A stretch of DNA of 64,000 nt. Source: Oopsacas minuta (Eukaryota; Animalia; Porifera). Below are positions 1 through 11,740 of the stretch, piece by piece. Position 1 is the first letter of the stretch, and each line of letters opens with the position of its first letter. The translations under genes were made by a program, and so were the position numbers. The notes under the pieces were generated by a model, which saw only the letters and a program-made list of their open reading frames with translations, ran no database searches and was not told the origin of the DNA. The DNA is taken from contig JAKMXF010000007.1 in the NCBI GenBank assembly GCA_024704765.1, forward strand, positions 1 through 64,000, in the 5' to 3' direction.

Positions 1-100
1 TATATAATTACTGTAATAAGAGGTACTCCATATATAATTACTGTAATAAGAGGTACTCCATATATAATTACTGTAATAAGAGGTACTCCATATATAATTA
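1..100. repeat. 30-bp tandem repeat (TATATAATTACTGTAATAAGAGGTACTCCA), about 3.3 copies, running off the window start
   Basis: Three identical units at 1-30, 31-60 and 61-90, plus a partial fourth unit. Confidence 0.95.
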
Positions 101-214
101 GTACAATATTGATGATATGTTTTTGAGAAAAGTACGTCTTAAACCAAGGTATACTGTGCGTATAGAAATTTTCTATCAGTTCCTTTTCAAACCTGTTTTA
201 TAATATCTTTATAG

Positions 215-980
215 ACTACTTGAATTACCCATTCATTGAAGGCAGTAAAGCACAGGGAATTATAAGAGTTAACAAGAAATTCAAAGGAAATCAAACAACA
301 AATAAAAAGCACATCCTGGAGGATAGAGAAGGAGCTGATAAAGAAAGAGGATATTTACAAGACATATACAAACAATATGACATAGACTATGAAGGTAACG
401 ACCATTTCGATTTGAAAGGAGAAGAAATATCCGGAAAATTAGAAGATTTCGCAAATAAAGTATCCGATAAGAGTCCCCCAGTCATTTTCATATCCATTGC
501 TTCCCATGGAGGGGGTAAAGGTATTTGTGGTATAGATGGCAATTGCATACACATGAAAGATATAGAAAAAATCTTTACGGATAATGAACAACTATTAGGC
601 ATTCCGAAGGTGTTCTTAATACAAGCCTGTAGGGATGGAAACATGGATATCGTATATGATATTGAAGATAACAAGGCTATTAAGAAGGGGAAACAAGTTA
701 CAACAAAATTAGTGATGTATTAACCGCATACGCAACTTCAAACGGAACAAGAGCATTTCGAAATGAAAAGGGTTCTTGGTTTTTTCAAGAACTTCGTGAA
801 TGCGTTTTAAATGAATCATATAAAAATCGACATTTCCAAGAGTTGTTAACTATTTGTTCAGATCAGTTAATAGATGAGTGTGTGGAAGAACACAAGAATT
901 TTACAGAGACACCCTCTTATGTTTCTACTCTCCGCAAATTCTTGATGTTCCCTCAGAAACAGAGTCAGACTAGATCCTAA
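215..980 (+). pseudogene. Caspase catalytic region (p20+p10), last exon, interrupted by a -1 frameshift at about 684-720; pseudogene or assembly indel
   Basis: Acceptor TTTATAG ends at 214. ORF 220-723 has SHG and QACRDG. The -1 frame reads SDVLTAYATSNGTRAFRNEKGSWFFQEL...STLRKFLMFP to TAA at 978-980, a typical caspase p10. Confidence 0.85.
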
Positions 981-1716
981 CAGTTATTTTATGTCCCGTC
1001 TATTGATACTTCTAAATATATGAACTAAGCATGATATATATTTATTTGTTGTTGTAGCCCGTTCATATATATTTATACATAGTAAATTTGGTATAATTTG
1101 TATCACAATCTTTTGGGAATGATGAAAAGTCTCAAATAGTCTAAACGATCATAAACCAGTTGAAATGATCGAATTAGTTCAAAATCATGAATAACTGCAA
1201 ACTCATTTGAATGGTAATTAGTTCGGTTAATATCACCACTTCTGTTTTACAGTACGCCATCGGTTATCCGAACACTTTCGTCTTTAAATTTCAAGATTTT
1301 TGGTGTTCGGAAAACTGAACTAATAGTCAAATATATTTTGATATGTAATATTCACTGTTTGAGGATATACGAAAATGGTGAAAATAAGGATTTTGTAATC
1401 GCGAATATTTTATTGCATATTTATGGTAACATGTGCCTAACATCGCCACTTCGTTCGAAAAAGTGCCAAAGTAGTCAGAAGCTCCTTTCTCATACAAAAT
1501 TTGGACATTTTTTCACAAACTAAATGTAATATGTTTCCTACTGTGCTAGGCCGTGGTGTCGGATATTCGAGGGTATCTGTACCGTAATCTATATCTATAC
1601 ATTCTATAGTATTCTATAGATAGTCTATATACACATTTCATTCATCTAAAAGTAACCATTTAATCAACCCATTTTAAATATGTATTAAATATTTAAGAAA
1701 TTTAACATAAATAACA

Positions 1717-3549
1717 TTAATCAATGTACAGAGTGAATAAGAGGTCAACTGGTATCTTATAAGATCTCAGCGTACTACAGCTCCATACATAAACTCCTTT
1801 AGCTCAAAGTTCAATAAAAATGCATTATTTTTATAATACAATGTTGTGTATGTGGATTCTGACATTACTCCAATCCACTCGTGTAGGATCTGATGGGACA
1901 ATGACGTCATCAAAAATACGTATATCTTCTCTATAGGTCCACTCCTATTATTGTAATCTTCTAGCTTACTGAATGTGGTTATAAACCTGTTTTGTGAAGA
2001 TGATTTGTTAACTGATTGAGACAAGGAGAATTTCATATCAACTAGAATATGAGAGAAATAAGTCCATAATTGTGTGAATGGGTTTTTAGTACAATTTAAT
2101 TCGTATAGCAACATTTCAACTAATAGAGGAATTAAACGATTTTCTCCTAACACTAAATATGTCAGTGACTGTACTGCTAGTCTAGGTTCTGTGAAATAAT
2201 GTATGACGTCACGAATTGAATCTTGTAGACGAGTTTTAATACATTCAGAAGGACTATCACTATCAGAAGTTCCTTCAAATCGAATATTTAAACTATTCTG
2301 TTGGGTTAGATACTTCCTAGCAGCGAAGTAATACTCTACGCTTTCATCTTTCTGTTTTTCACTTAGATTTCTGTTAGCTTCTATGACATACAAATTTCCA
2401 GTCAGATTGTTAGTTATTTTAATGTTATTGATAAACACGTCTGGATTCAAACCTCCATTATCGTGTCCAACTCTCACACCAAGGATGTGTCCAATATGTG
2501 ACATTTGAAAGTGCAGAAATGAGAACCCTTTGGTAGTTTGATGACGTCAGTCCTTCCTAGCGTCCCTGATACGACTAGCCATAAGACTGAAGTATGTTTT
2601 AGCACTGTTCTAGCTATAGATAGTGTAGCAGAGTAGTTCAGTTCTGATTGAGGAAAATCGTGTGTAAAACAAGAAAATTCCACACAAGACAAACTATCCA
2701 AATGGTATAGCAACTGTTCTAATTCAGTGTTAGTACGTATGAAAGATGATTTGTGATAATTTGTATTGATGTATGTCGTTAAAGATAGAAGCTCTTTGAC
2801 ACGTGTCGAGAGAGATTGTTTCTCCAGAAGTAATTTAATCCACATACGTACTCTACCTATATCTGTCATTATACAATCTTGATCCAGGATATGCTGTACT
2901 TCTGTTATAAGAGGATTTGTAGCTGTGCCAACAGAGCCACGACGAGTATCTAGCTCTCTGTGAGGAGAACTAGGGATAGAATAGCTGAAGGAGCGAGACA
3001 TGGCGTATTTTGATTTGAATCTCTTCTTCTTTGTATCAAGTGCAGGTAGCATAACTGAATCAAAAGAATGAATAATAGAGTTGTTTGTAAGCTAGTATAT
3101 GCTCCCATAAATGAGAGCCATCCGTTTGTGATGTATATTCATGTCGCCAAATATTCTCCAATGCTTCTATCGAGTTTGAAATCAATCCTTTATCCTCAAT
3201 ACTCATTGAACTGTATTTCCCATGTCCAATCAATATCCTATCTGTATCACTTGTATTTAGATCTGGTTCATAATGATTACGTAATGTCAGTGTGACATGA
3301 TGAGTGATCAGCTGTTTGATACGTAGACTTGCTTGTCTAAGTAAATCAGACAATTCTACTGCTATTAAATGTGGGTAATCCAGCGTGTCTCTGTCTGACT
3401 CAGTTTCTATGTCGTGAATATCTTGAGAATTACAGCAGGTAAATATTCCTGGGCTTGAATCGTTATCATTTGAAATCCCGCATGCCAATGGTACATGCAT
3501 GTTGTCAGGGAGAATATGTGCCCAGAAATCAGAATATAACTTTGTGTAT
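1717..3549 (-). pseudogene. DENND5: DENND5/Rab6IP1-like C-terminal region (RUN1-PLAT-RUN2) with three frameshifts (about 3063-3091, 2500 and 1775)
   Basis: Motifs LENIWRH...HLWEHILAYK and TDIGRVRMWIKLLLEK (RUN1), HILGVRVGHDNGG (PLAT) and QILHEWIGVMSE (RUN2). A shifted frame after 1775 gives STLRSYKIPVDLLFTLYID*, ending at 1717. Candidate acceptor AG at 3551-3550. Confidence 0.8.
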
Positions 3550-3833
3550 CTTAAAATAAAGACTGCTCAGTAAATGAATTTATAATAACTGCATGTAGTT
3601 GTAAATGGAGACATATACATTATTTCTTTGAGCATATATTCCAAATTGACAAGTTTTGCTGTTATTATGGAAATCCTACACCCTAGCACTATGCTAATCC
3701 ATATAGGTAAATTAATAATTACATAGAATGGGAAATATCAAGCTGAGTACAAAACAAGGAAAAATAACCAGAAATTGTTTATCCCTAATGATTTAAATAG
3801 TAAATCCATAGACATATAAATACCTACATGAGT

Positions 3834-3943
3834 TGTATATATGTTATGGGCAGTATGAGAAATTGGGCATCATGCATAATGCTACTCTTATTGAACAATA
3901 TGCATAATGCCCAATTTCTCATACTGCCCATAACATATATACA
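3834..3943. repeat. Near-perfect hairpin: 45-bp arms, 1 mismatch, 20-nt loop
   Basis: 3834-3878 is the reverse complement of 3899-3943. Confidence 0.9.
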
Positions 3944-4088
3944 TTAGTAATATATATACATTAGTAATATATACATTAGTAATATATATACATCAGTAAT
4001 ATATATACATTAGTAATATATATACATTAGTAATATATATACATTAAGAGACAGGTAATATATATACATTAGTAATATAACATTAGTA
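3941..4088. repeat. AT-rich minisatellite (ACATTAGTAATATATAT-like unit of variable length)
   Basis: Repeated ATATATACATTAGTA units seen directly. Confidence 0.85.
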
Positions 4089-4222
4089 ACGATTTAATTT
4101 AAAAATTACCGAAATTACATCATAAATATTTCATTTAAGGAATCTTTCTAAAATACTCGCCACTGTAAATCTGGCTAATGTAGTAATAATAACGTAGACA
4201 TATTTGAATATAAAGAAACAAG

Positions 4223-5479
4223 TCAACAAAAGTTGTTGTTCTCGTCTTCGTCTCTATAATCATAGTCAAATAGAACGAAATCTTGTTTGTATATTTCATA
4301 AAGTGATCTTCTCACATGTTGTGGAATATCTCTAAATGCTTCATTACAATTATCAACTGAGGAGGCTTGACCGTGTATGTGAAAAGTAACATTATGTTCT
4401 GGATGGTCTCTCTGCACGTATTCAAGGATTGTATTTGAATCTTCTAACAAAGATTCGAATTTGACAATAATGTCATATCTGATAGCACATGGATCACAGG
4501 TTATGCTGTGAGGAGCCCAATGACAATCTAATCCTTTGAGGCCATTTTCTCTAACATAAGATACGATATAATTCAAGAATTCTAAAAATGTTACACCAGT
4601 TTTCCCAAATTCTGCATCCAACCTTCTAATCTGCCGAATAGTGTCATTATTTAAAGCATTTAACAACTTCCTCTTTCCACCTTTCAATTCTTGTTTCATT
4701 TGTGTAATCGATTCTGTTGTTAGATTAGAGAGATAGTTTGAGATTATAATTGCATCCACGTAACGTTCTCCATACGCCAAAGCTCTGGTAAACTTATCCA
4801 AGTACCCTGATAATAATCTATGAAATGGATTTCTCACGATAAGCATCTTGGTGTAGGTTTGATATCTCTGTCCATTTAATTTTGCATTCGTATAGTTACA
4901 TACTCTCTTTATTAATTTTGGGTAAGGGCGTTCTTCTTTCTCCATTCCTTCCAATTCTCTAAATGTAACTAGCCAGGAGGAAGAACTTGCCTTTAGAACA
5001 GCACAATGTAATAATTGATACTTGTCACTGCTACGGACTACATTAATTCCATCCCTCAGGAAGTTGTACACGCCATTACTCTGTGTCCTGAACACATTAC
5101 AGAGTTTATCCACCCTATCAAATCGATCACGCAGATGATTGTATTTCAAGTTAAGAGGATGTAAACCTTTTGATAACATCTCCATACGATATTCATCTGT
5201 AAATGTAACTGATTCATCATTGTGACTTTTCACAACTAGAATGTTTTCATTCCAGTGTTCACCGTATGCTATCCAACTACCATCGTCCTCTTCGGTTTTA
5301 TTCTTGACATGTTGGTATGAACTTTCTATCCTGAAAGTGGTTTTATCCATTTCTTTGAAAATTTGTCCATACTGACAATCCAATTTTGATAGGAATATAA
5401 TTGTAGACAAGAATCCTAAAAGTAGTATACATAGAAAGGATATTTCTCTCCATGATAATTTAATGAAAAGTTTTTCCAT
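4223..5479 (-). CDS. Carbohydrate sulfotransferase (Sulfotransfer_2, CHST8-14/HNK-1ST family), type II membrane protein, 418 aa, intronless
   Basis: N-terminal hydrophobic anchor; 5'-PSB-like CAVLKASSSSW; 3'-PB IVRNPFHRLLSGYLDKF; HWAP...CDPCAIRYDIIVKFE; YKQDFVLFDY. Confidence 0.9.
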   Translation of the reverse strand: MEKLFIKLSWREISFLCILLLGFLSTIIFLSKLDCQYGQIFKEMDKTTFRIESSYQHVKNKTEEDDGSWIAYGEHWNENILVVKSHNDESVTFTDEYRMEMLSKGLHPLNLKYNHLRDRFDRVDKLCNVFRTQSNGVYNFLRDGINVVRSSDKYQLLHCAVLKASSSSWLVTFRELEGMEKEERPYPKLIKRVCNYTNAKLNGQRYQTYTKMLIVRNPFHRLLSGYLDKFTRALAYGERYVDAIIISNYLSNLTTESITQMKQELKGGKRKLLNALNNDTIRQIRRLDAEFGKTGVTFLEFLNYIVSYVRENGLKGLDCHWAPHSITCDPCAIRYDIIVKFESLLEDSNTILEYVQRDHPEHNVTFHIHGQASSVDNCNEAFRDIPQHVRRSLYEIYKQDFVLFDYDYRDEDENNNFC

Positions 5480-6540
5480 CAGTAAGTATTTCTTTGAAAA
5501 TTATTATATTATCGTTTCATTAATTATGTCAACAAATCTTTTAATTGTAATTTCCTATGCCTACTACGATGGTGATAGTGTGAACTGACTCGCAGATTTG
5601 CAAGGATTCTCAAATTGGTTCCTTCCTGCTTGTACATATCCTGATTATAATAAATATTTCTTGTCAATTTGTAATGTAATCTCTCCGGATAGTAGAGTAT
5701 AGAATTGTAAAAGTTGACCTCTCAATTGGGCCTCATTTAATTTAGGTACTAAGACAGTGGCTTTCCGTGGGGAGCATGTTACCTCTACAAGGAGAAAAGT
5801 AATTGAATATATTACTTTTGCATTGCTATAATATCAATCACGGAGATATACAGGTTATTCAAAGTACCCTCCTAGCTCTCCTCCTGTCAAATTTAATATG
5901 CCTAAATCAGTAATTAGTGTTATAGTATAGGGAGAGATCCTCAATTTTTACGCTTCTAAATATGATATTGTCAAAATGTATACGCCTAGAAAGCGTCCAG
6001 CGCTCCTAGATAATTCCTTGATATCATGTACAGTGCAACTCTGATTAGACGTACTCCTTCGGGAGTCAAAAAGTAGTACGTCTTACCCAAACATTTTTCC
6101 TATACAATTTGTACAAGGTTGAAACCGATCGAACCAAATATCAGTATTCATGAAAAGTGGCTCATGACCTACTATAATACGGCTATACATGCTGCCGAAT
6201 CATAGTAAAAATAAGAGTCCAGTTTTATAAATCTCATTAAAGTAAAATTATCCTTCAGTGTTTGCGAATTGAACATTTTAGGGTAAAAAATCCAAAGAAT
6301 CAATTTGGGCTAGTTAAAAAGTCGAAACGGCCATCCTTCATCTAGTTTAGGCTCAATCAAAATATGACATCATAGTTTAAAAAGTCACTCATTCGAAAAA
6401 TGTAATTTTTGAATTTTTGTAATTTTCGTATTTCTTTGGAATAATTCCTTCTAATCATCCATACTGTATATATTCACCACATTTGCATTAAAATCAATTT
6501 CTTACCCCGCCTTATATGTTTTCCCCGATTCGGATACCAA

Positions 6541-6783
6541 CATTTCGTTACTTATTTGATTGGTCAATATTAATTATTATTTTTATTTAAATTATTCCTC
6601 TTAAATATTATAAAGTCTACCCTTTTAGAATCCCAGTTATAGTTTAGATTATTGTAAGCCGTTCAAAGTATTGCATCTAAACTATAACTGGGATTCTAAA
6701 AGGGTAGATTTTATAATATTTAAGAGGAATAATTTAAATAAAAATAATAATTAAAATTGACCAATCAAATAAGTAACGAAATG
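6541..6783. repeat. Foldback/MITE-like inverted repeat, about 109-bp arms with 2 mismatches and a 25-nt spacer
   Basis: 6541-6649 is the reverse complement of 6675-6783. Confidence 0.9.
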
Positions 6784-7602
6784 TCGGACTTCCTTTCGAT
6801 TAATTCATAAATGGATTTTTCATAAATATATTCTTTTGGTCGCTATGCGACCAAAAGCACTAAGAAATTTATTTGTTTAATACTTATCTAACCTGAGGCA
6901 GTAAGCTGTTGAGCAGCGACCTAGCAAGCGGATCGCGATAGTGTTATATAATAGGTGTCCTTTACTAAATGGCTATATCTAATTAGCAATAAGTAACATT
7001 AACGTCTACTGCATTATTTGTCTGTACCAATCAAGGGAGACCCTAGGAATTAATTCGACATAGAGATCGAAATCATGGAATGTATAACTATAGTCTACAT
7101 AAGCTTTGTATCATATATTGTCACCTAGACTCGTATCACCGAGTATGTCATGTGTATTCCTTCCTTTACGTATTCAAACTCTACTATGAAGGTTTCTGGT
7201 CTGGACGTAACCTACTCTCGCATCCTCGAATCAGACCACTCATCAATATATGCTCATATTTCGACTGCAAAAATTCTTTTTTTATACTTCATCATATTTA
7301 ACGATATATTTCTGTAGCAGAATCATTATAGGTTGCGCCGTTGCGAAAAGGTACTGCTGATCAAGCCGAAGACATTATTCTACTTCAATAAATGGTATCA
7401 ACAAGGATAAAGAATATTTTGATAACACTATATACACTCTTAATAACAAGAGGGACATACTCAGGAAAATTCGGAATAGTAGTTCGGTAATAACACTTGC
7501 TCTCATCTTTAAGAAATGTATTGTATTGCTGGCAACAAATTTTCAGGCGATTTGGATAGGTTGCTTGGGTTATTTTCGTTTCACTAACTTGAGAATTGCA
7601 AG

Positions 7603-7670
7603 ATACATACATACATACATACATACATACATACATACATACATACATACATACATACATACATACATAC
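7603..7670. repeat. (ATAC)17 microsatellite
   Basis: Read directly from the sequence. Confidence 0.97.
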
Positions 7671-8550
7671 CAGTTCAAACCTCCTGACTTTGTATGAAAA
7701 CTTTTGGAAATGATGAGAAAATGACCTGATTAAAATTGAAGACCTGACATGACCTGACTAAGTAAGACATTTTGACAAGGCTGTCGGAAATTTAACGAAT
7801 CTACAAGCTGTACATATGGCTCTGAATAATGTAATCATTTCCATCTTATATTTTGACTGAAATGTGTCGAAGAAGATAAAATAATAATTTATCTAACAAA
7901 AGAATTAATATCAATTGATTAAGTTGTATTTACACAATAAAGTATATAATTAAACATGAAATAATAAAATTATCACACCTAAACATGAAATAATATGGAA
8001 CAAAGAACTTCCGTAATACGGGAAAAATAGAATTTCATACTCACTATCCAGTCTATAATAAACAAAAGTAATAGCCATTCAAAAAGCATTGAAGAGGATT
8101 GATAATTCTGTTTGATCGAGGTGAAGCTTATATACACTATAGGAATAGCAATGGGTGGGAGAGGGAGACTATTATGTTAGCAAACTTTCAATTAGTAACT
8201 TAAGTAGGGAAAAAAGGAAATAAGAAAGGAGAGTTCTTTTCCCCTCAATATTTCAATGTGCCGCATAACAGGTCTGTGTCTGTAGCAGATTGTAGTAACA
8301 ACAGGGTAGTAGTTATGAATGGGAAGTTCAAGAAGTTCCCAATTTTGGGAATATCTAAAATTGTAATTTGTTTGAAATCTACTCTGAAACACCATTCTGT
8401 TTTAGAATAGACAGAAATCCTCTTTACGTAGTTGCTGTAGCGTTGAAAGGTAAAATAGGTTCTCAGAATATTCGTTCAAATTCCAACACGTCTCCACTAA
8501 AAAGCATGTCTTTCGCAAAATCGGATTCTTATATGCTCAACATGTTATGA

Positions 8551-8716
8551 TAGAGGATGATGTCAGGGCTATTGAATGCTGATGAGTTTTCTTCACTAGC
8601 ACTTTACAAGTTAAAACAATTTTGCTACAAATGAAACAAAATTGAATATTTAAAGTAATTAATAGCTTGCAAGCAGCAAAACTCAGTAGCATTCAATAGC
8701 CCATCACCTTCCTCTA
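8551..8716. mobile_element. Small MITE-like element with imperfect terminal inverted repeats of about 40 bp
   Basis: TAGAGG...GGGCTATTGAATGCT...GAGTTTT at the left end is mirrored by AAAACTC...AGCATTCAATAGCCC...CCTCTA at the right end. Confidence 0.6.
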
Positions 8717-9507
8717 TATGAACTCGTTGAAAATGCAAGAATCCGGCATTTCTAAGTACATGCTTCTTAGTGGAGATATGTTGGATTAGTGAACAAAAAT
8801 ATTTTCACTGTGTACAAGGCCTTTCATCAGCTTCAAAAGTCAATTTTGTAATTTTTAAGGCAATGCATATATCCTGAGTAGACTTCAATTTATTCCCTTA
8901 TTTGGTGAGTAATTCATCTCATTCATTAAACCTGTTAGGCAGTGATATAAACAGGCAGTTATCTCTTACTAACAAAGCATAAATGAATCTTGAGCTCAAA
9001 TAAATCGTCTTCAATAAGCAACTCTATCTTCTACCTCGAATAATCTATATTATCAAATATTAGATAACCAGAACTTATACAACATCATCAACTCCATTAA
9101 TATTATACTTACTAAACAATACCATGAATGAATTTCCTGGCAATTAGATTATTAACTATAGATTCAAATCTTATCGACCAATTACGTATTGTTCCGTACT
9201 CTAAATCTGAAATTAGTTTATAAATCAAATAGTCTGTGTAATACTAATTAATATACTGTCCGAATTAATCTACAGTGCACTATTTAGTATTGGATACATG
9301 ATTGGTAGCGACAATGTTTCCCCAAAGTGCGTTAAGCACGTCAATTAACTCAGGTTTGCAAGTATTAAATTCAATCAATGAATTCTCTTAAAATGAACTG
9401 CTAGATTCCAATTTTGTAATAAATAATAACTCTTAACTAAATATACATACAAGAAATAAGATACAATTATAATACAAGTATTGAAGTCTGAAGCCAGTGA
9501 GATATGT

Positions 9508-10104
9508 CTAGAAAGGAACATTCGAGAAGATAAACTTCTTTGCTTTAGGATATTCGTGTCTCTTCTCTTTACTAAAGCAAAGGAAATTAAAAAATTCTTT
9601 TGTAGCAGGGAATTTTCTTTGATCTTTGTACCGGATATGTCGCCTGATAGGTTTTCTCTTGTGTGCGTCGGGTGGAGAAGGAAACTTTCTAGCAGCTACG
9701 TTTTCTCGTATATTCGAGCTGTTAATTTTAGATTCATTTGCAGCGACAGAAGTATTCACTTCATTAGAATTAGTACCTGTATATATACTATGGACAGATC
9801 GTATTGGAGCTTGGTCTATTACAAGGATAATATCTTCTGCATCACTGTCACTCAATATCAGATGCGGACTCATATCAAAGAACAGCTCAGAAGAAGAGGG
9901 AATGGTTAAAGTTTGAGGGGTATTTGAGGAAATACTATTTGTAGGGAAGAAGGGGGAGGAAACGAGTTCAGGAGAGCATGGAGTTAGACTTACAGAGTGA
10001 GAAGATACAGGGGTAGGTTGTAGAAGTGTGGAGGTATTAGATTGGAGTAGTTTTACAGACGAAAGGGAGATAGTCACTAATAGTTGATTATTTTCCTCAA
10101 ACAT
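9508..10104 (-). other. 198-aa Ser/Pro/Thr-rich ORF with a basic C-terminus; no family recognised; possibly the 5' part of a decayed element ORF
   Basis: ORF track. Stop-riddled but coding-like sequence continues downstream to about 8240. Confidence 0.3.
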
Positions 10105-10979
10105 TAAAAGTCTGATTTAAGAGATAAAATTATGAATGTCTAGATATAACCAAGGATAGACCTAGGCAAGATATGAAGATGTGTAGCCCGGAGTAAAGTA
10201 CGGATCATACCTGCCCAGGAATATACCCTGGGCTAACCTAGATTATGCCCTCCAGACAGGCCGCAGCTAAGGGTCGTGGGCTCCCCGGCCCATTTCAAGG
10301 AGCCCAGAATTACTGCTAAATAGTAAATACCAGAGTCTTTATAAATAATGGATCAAATTTAGTAGCTAAGTGTTACAATATGAAATTCACATATTGAATT
10401 TATAAGTGATAGAAATTGTGTTAAATGAATTTCATTTTACGACTTTCCCTTGACAAATCTATTAACAAACTCGTCAAGGTCCAGCGATCTTGCAATGTCA
10501 CTTTCAATAGATAGTATTCCTAGTGCTGATAGCCTGTCATAACCCATTGTTGAACGAAAGGACATTCTTAAATATTTTCAAATGACTAAAGCTTCGTTCA
10601 GAACATTTTAATTAAGTAGAGTTTCAAGTACTAGATAAACGAGGCAATAAATGTTTACAAAAATACATGGAAGATGGAACCAGTACCGAAATGAGTTGTA
10701 TTTACTGAGAAAATCCATCAAGTCGGAGGGGAGAATTCTAGTCCTTTAGGGAATAAATAATGTTAAAGGATGACATAAAACAAAATAAGGAAAACATTCA
10801 TTGAATTTAGTCCAGCCTTTCCTGCTTTTGGGTAAATTTACGGGGCCCTATATGCGAGTGTCCCCTCTCGCACGGGGCCCTTACAACCATGGGCGCTTTC
10901 TCGCCCCTGCCTTCAGATGTGAAGGTACTCGTACTACTCAAAATATACACCATAATCCACCAAAAAACTGTCCAGACAC

Positions 10980-11740
10980 TCTAATAACCTGTACAACCAG
11001 GGGAATATTCTAAGCTGCTACACAGGCCAATGTCCACACCAATTTCATCCATGAACTCAGAATAAATGGCGTATGAAGCACTCCTAACCAACTGCGCTTT
11101 CATAGCACCTTTATTCGAAAATTCATAAAGAAGAGCACCAAGAGTATGATGATTTCGAAAATATTTACTCACATCGATAATTGGATTTATAATTGATCAG
11201 GAGTTACATCTTGTCCCAAAAGATTTAGTAGATGAGAGGAACATCCATAAGTGACAATCGAATTGTCCATCTGGTATAGCTTGTTGCGCATCGATTCCTT
11301 TTCTCTTTCGCTATCAGTTACAATCCCTACTGTACGACATTAGAATTTTGTTTCAGCCTCAGAGATAGACTTTTCAAATAATGAAACACAGTAAGAAGCA
11401 GCTTTCTTTTGTGCACCAGTATCTATTATATTTAGAAAATATGTTTTTGAACCTGTGTGGATGACAGTAGCAATAACGGGATTATTGTCTGTGAATATCT
11501 CTCCAGCCATCTTGAATTAACGTTCCTTCTTTATTTCGTGCATGTTCAACAATATGTTCATTGATTTGTCATGTACTATATTAACACCAGATAGTTCTTT
11601 TCTGTTTAGAGAGTAACCTGACCGAAGAAGGGATATATCATTGATTTAAATTCTTTGTGTTCAGCAGCATTGAATGGTATGTTGCAGGCATAAAAGAATA
11701 GAGCTATTTGAAAATCGAACTGAGTAGCTGCAGCAGAATT
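10980..11740 (-). pseudogene. hAT transposase relic (DUF659-type)
   Basis: Minus-strand translation across frameshifts and stops gives IALFFYACNIPFNAAEH, (Q)DGW.DI.NNPVIATVIH, IDTGAQKK, IVTDSE and TYGCSSHLLNLLGQD. Confidence 0.75.

Noticed and set aside
387-674. Antisense ORFs over real genes (also 3068-3295, 13285-13497, 25817-26423, 52870-53175, 57824-58072, 58946-59137)
   Set aside because: Shadow or alternative frames of coding sequence with no recognisable motifs.
2495-3095. Programmed ribosomal frameshifting in DENND5
   Set aside because: The shifts go in both directions, with no slippery heptamers or downstream stems noted; indel error or decay is more parsimonious.
5530-5790. Upstream DENND5 exon on the minus strand
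   Set aside because: There is a good acceptor at about 5785, but the frame stops after about 47 codons and shows no DENN similarity; it could be CHST 5' UTR.
7385-7678. 97-aa ORF with YVCM repeats
   Set aside because: Produced by the (ATAC)17 microsatellite.
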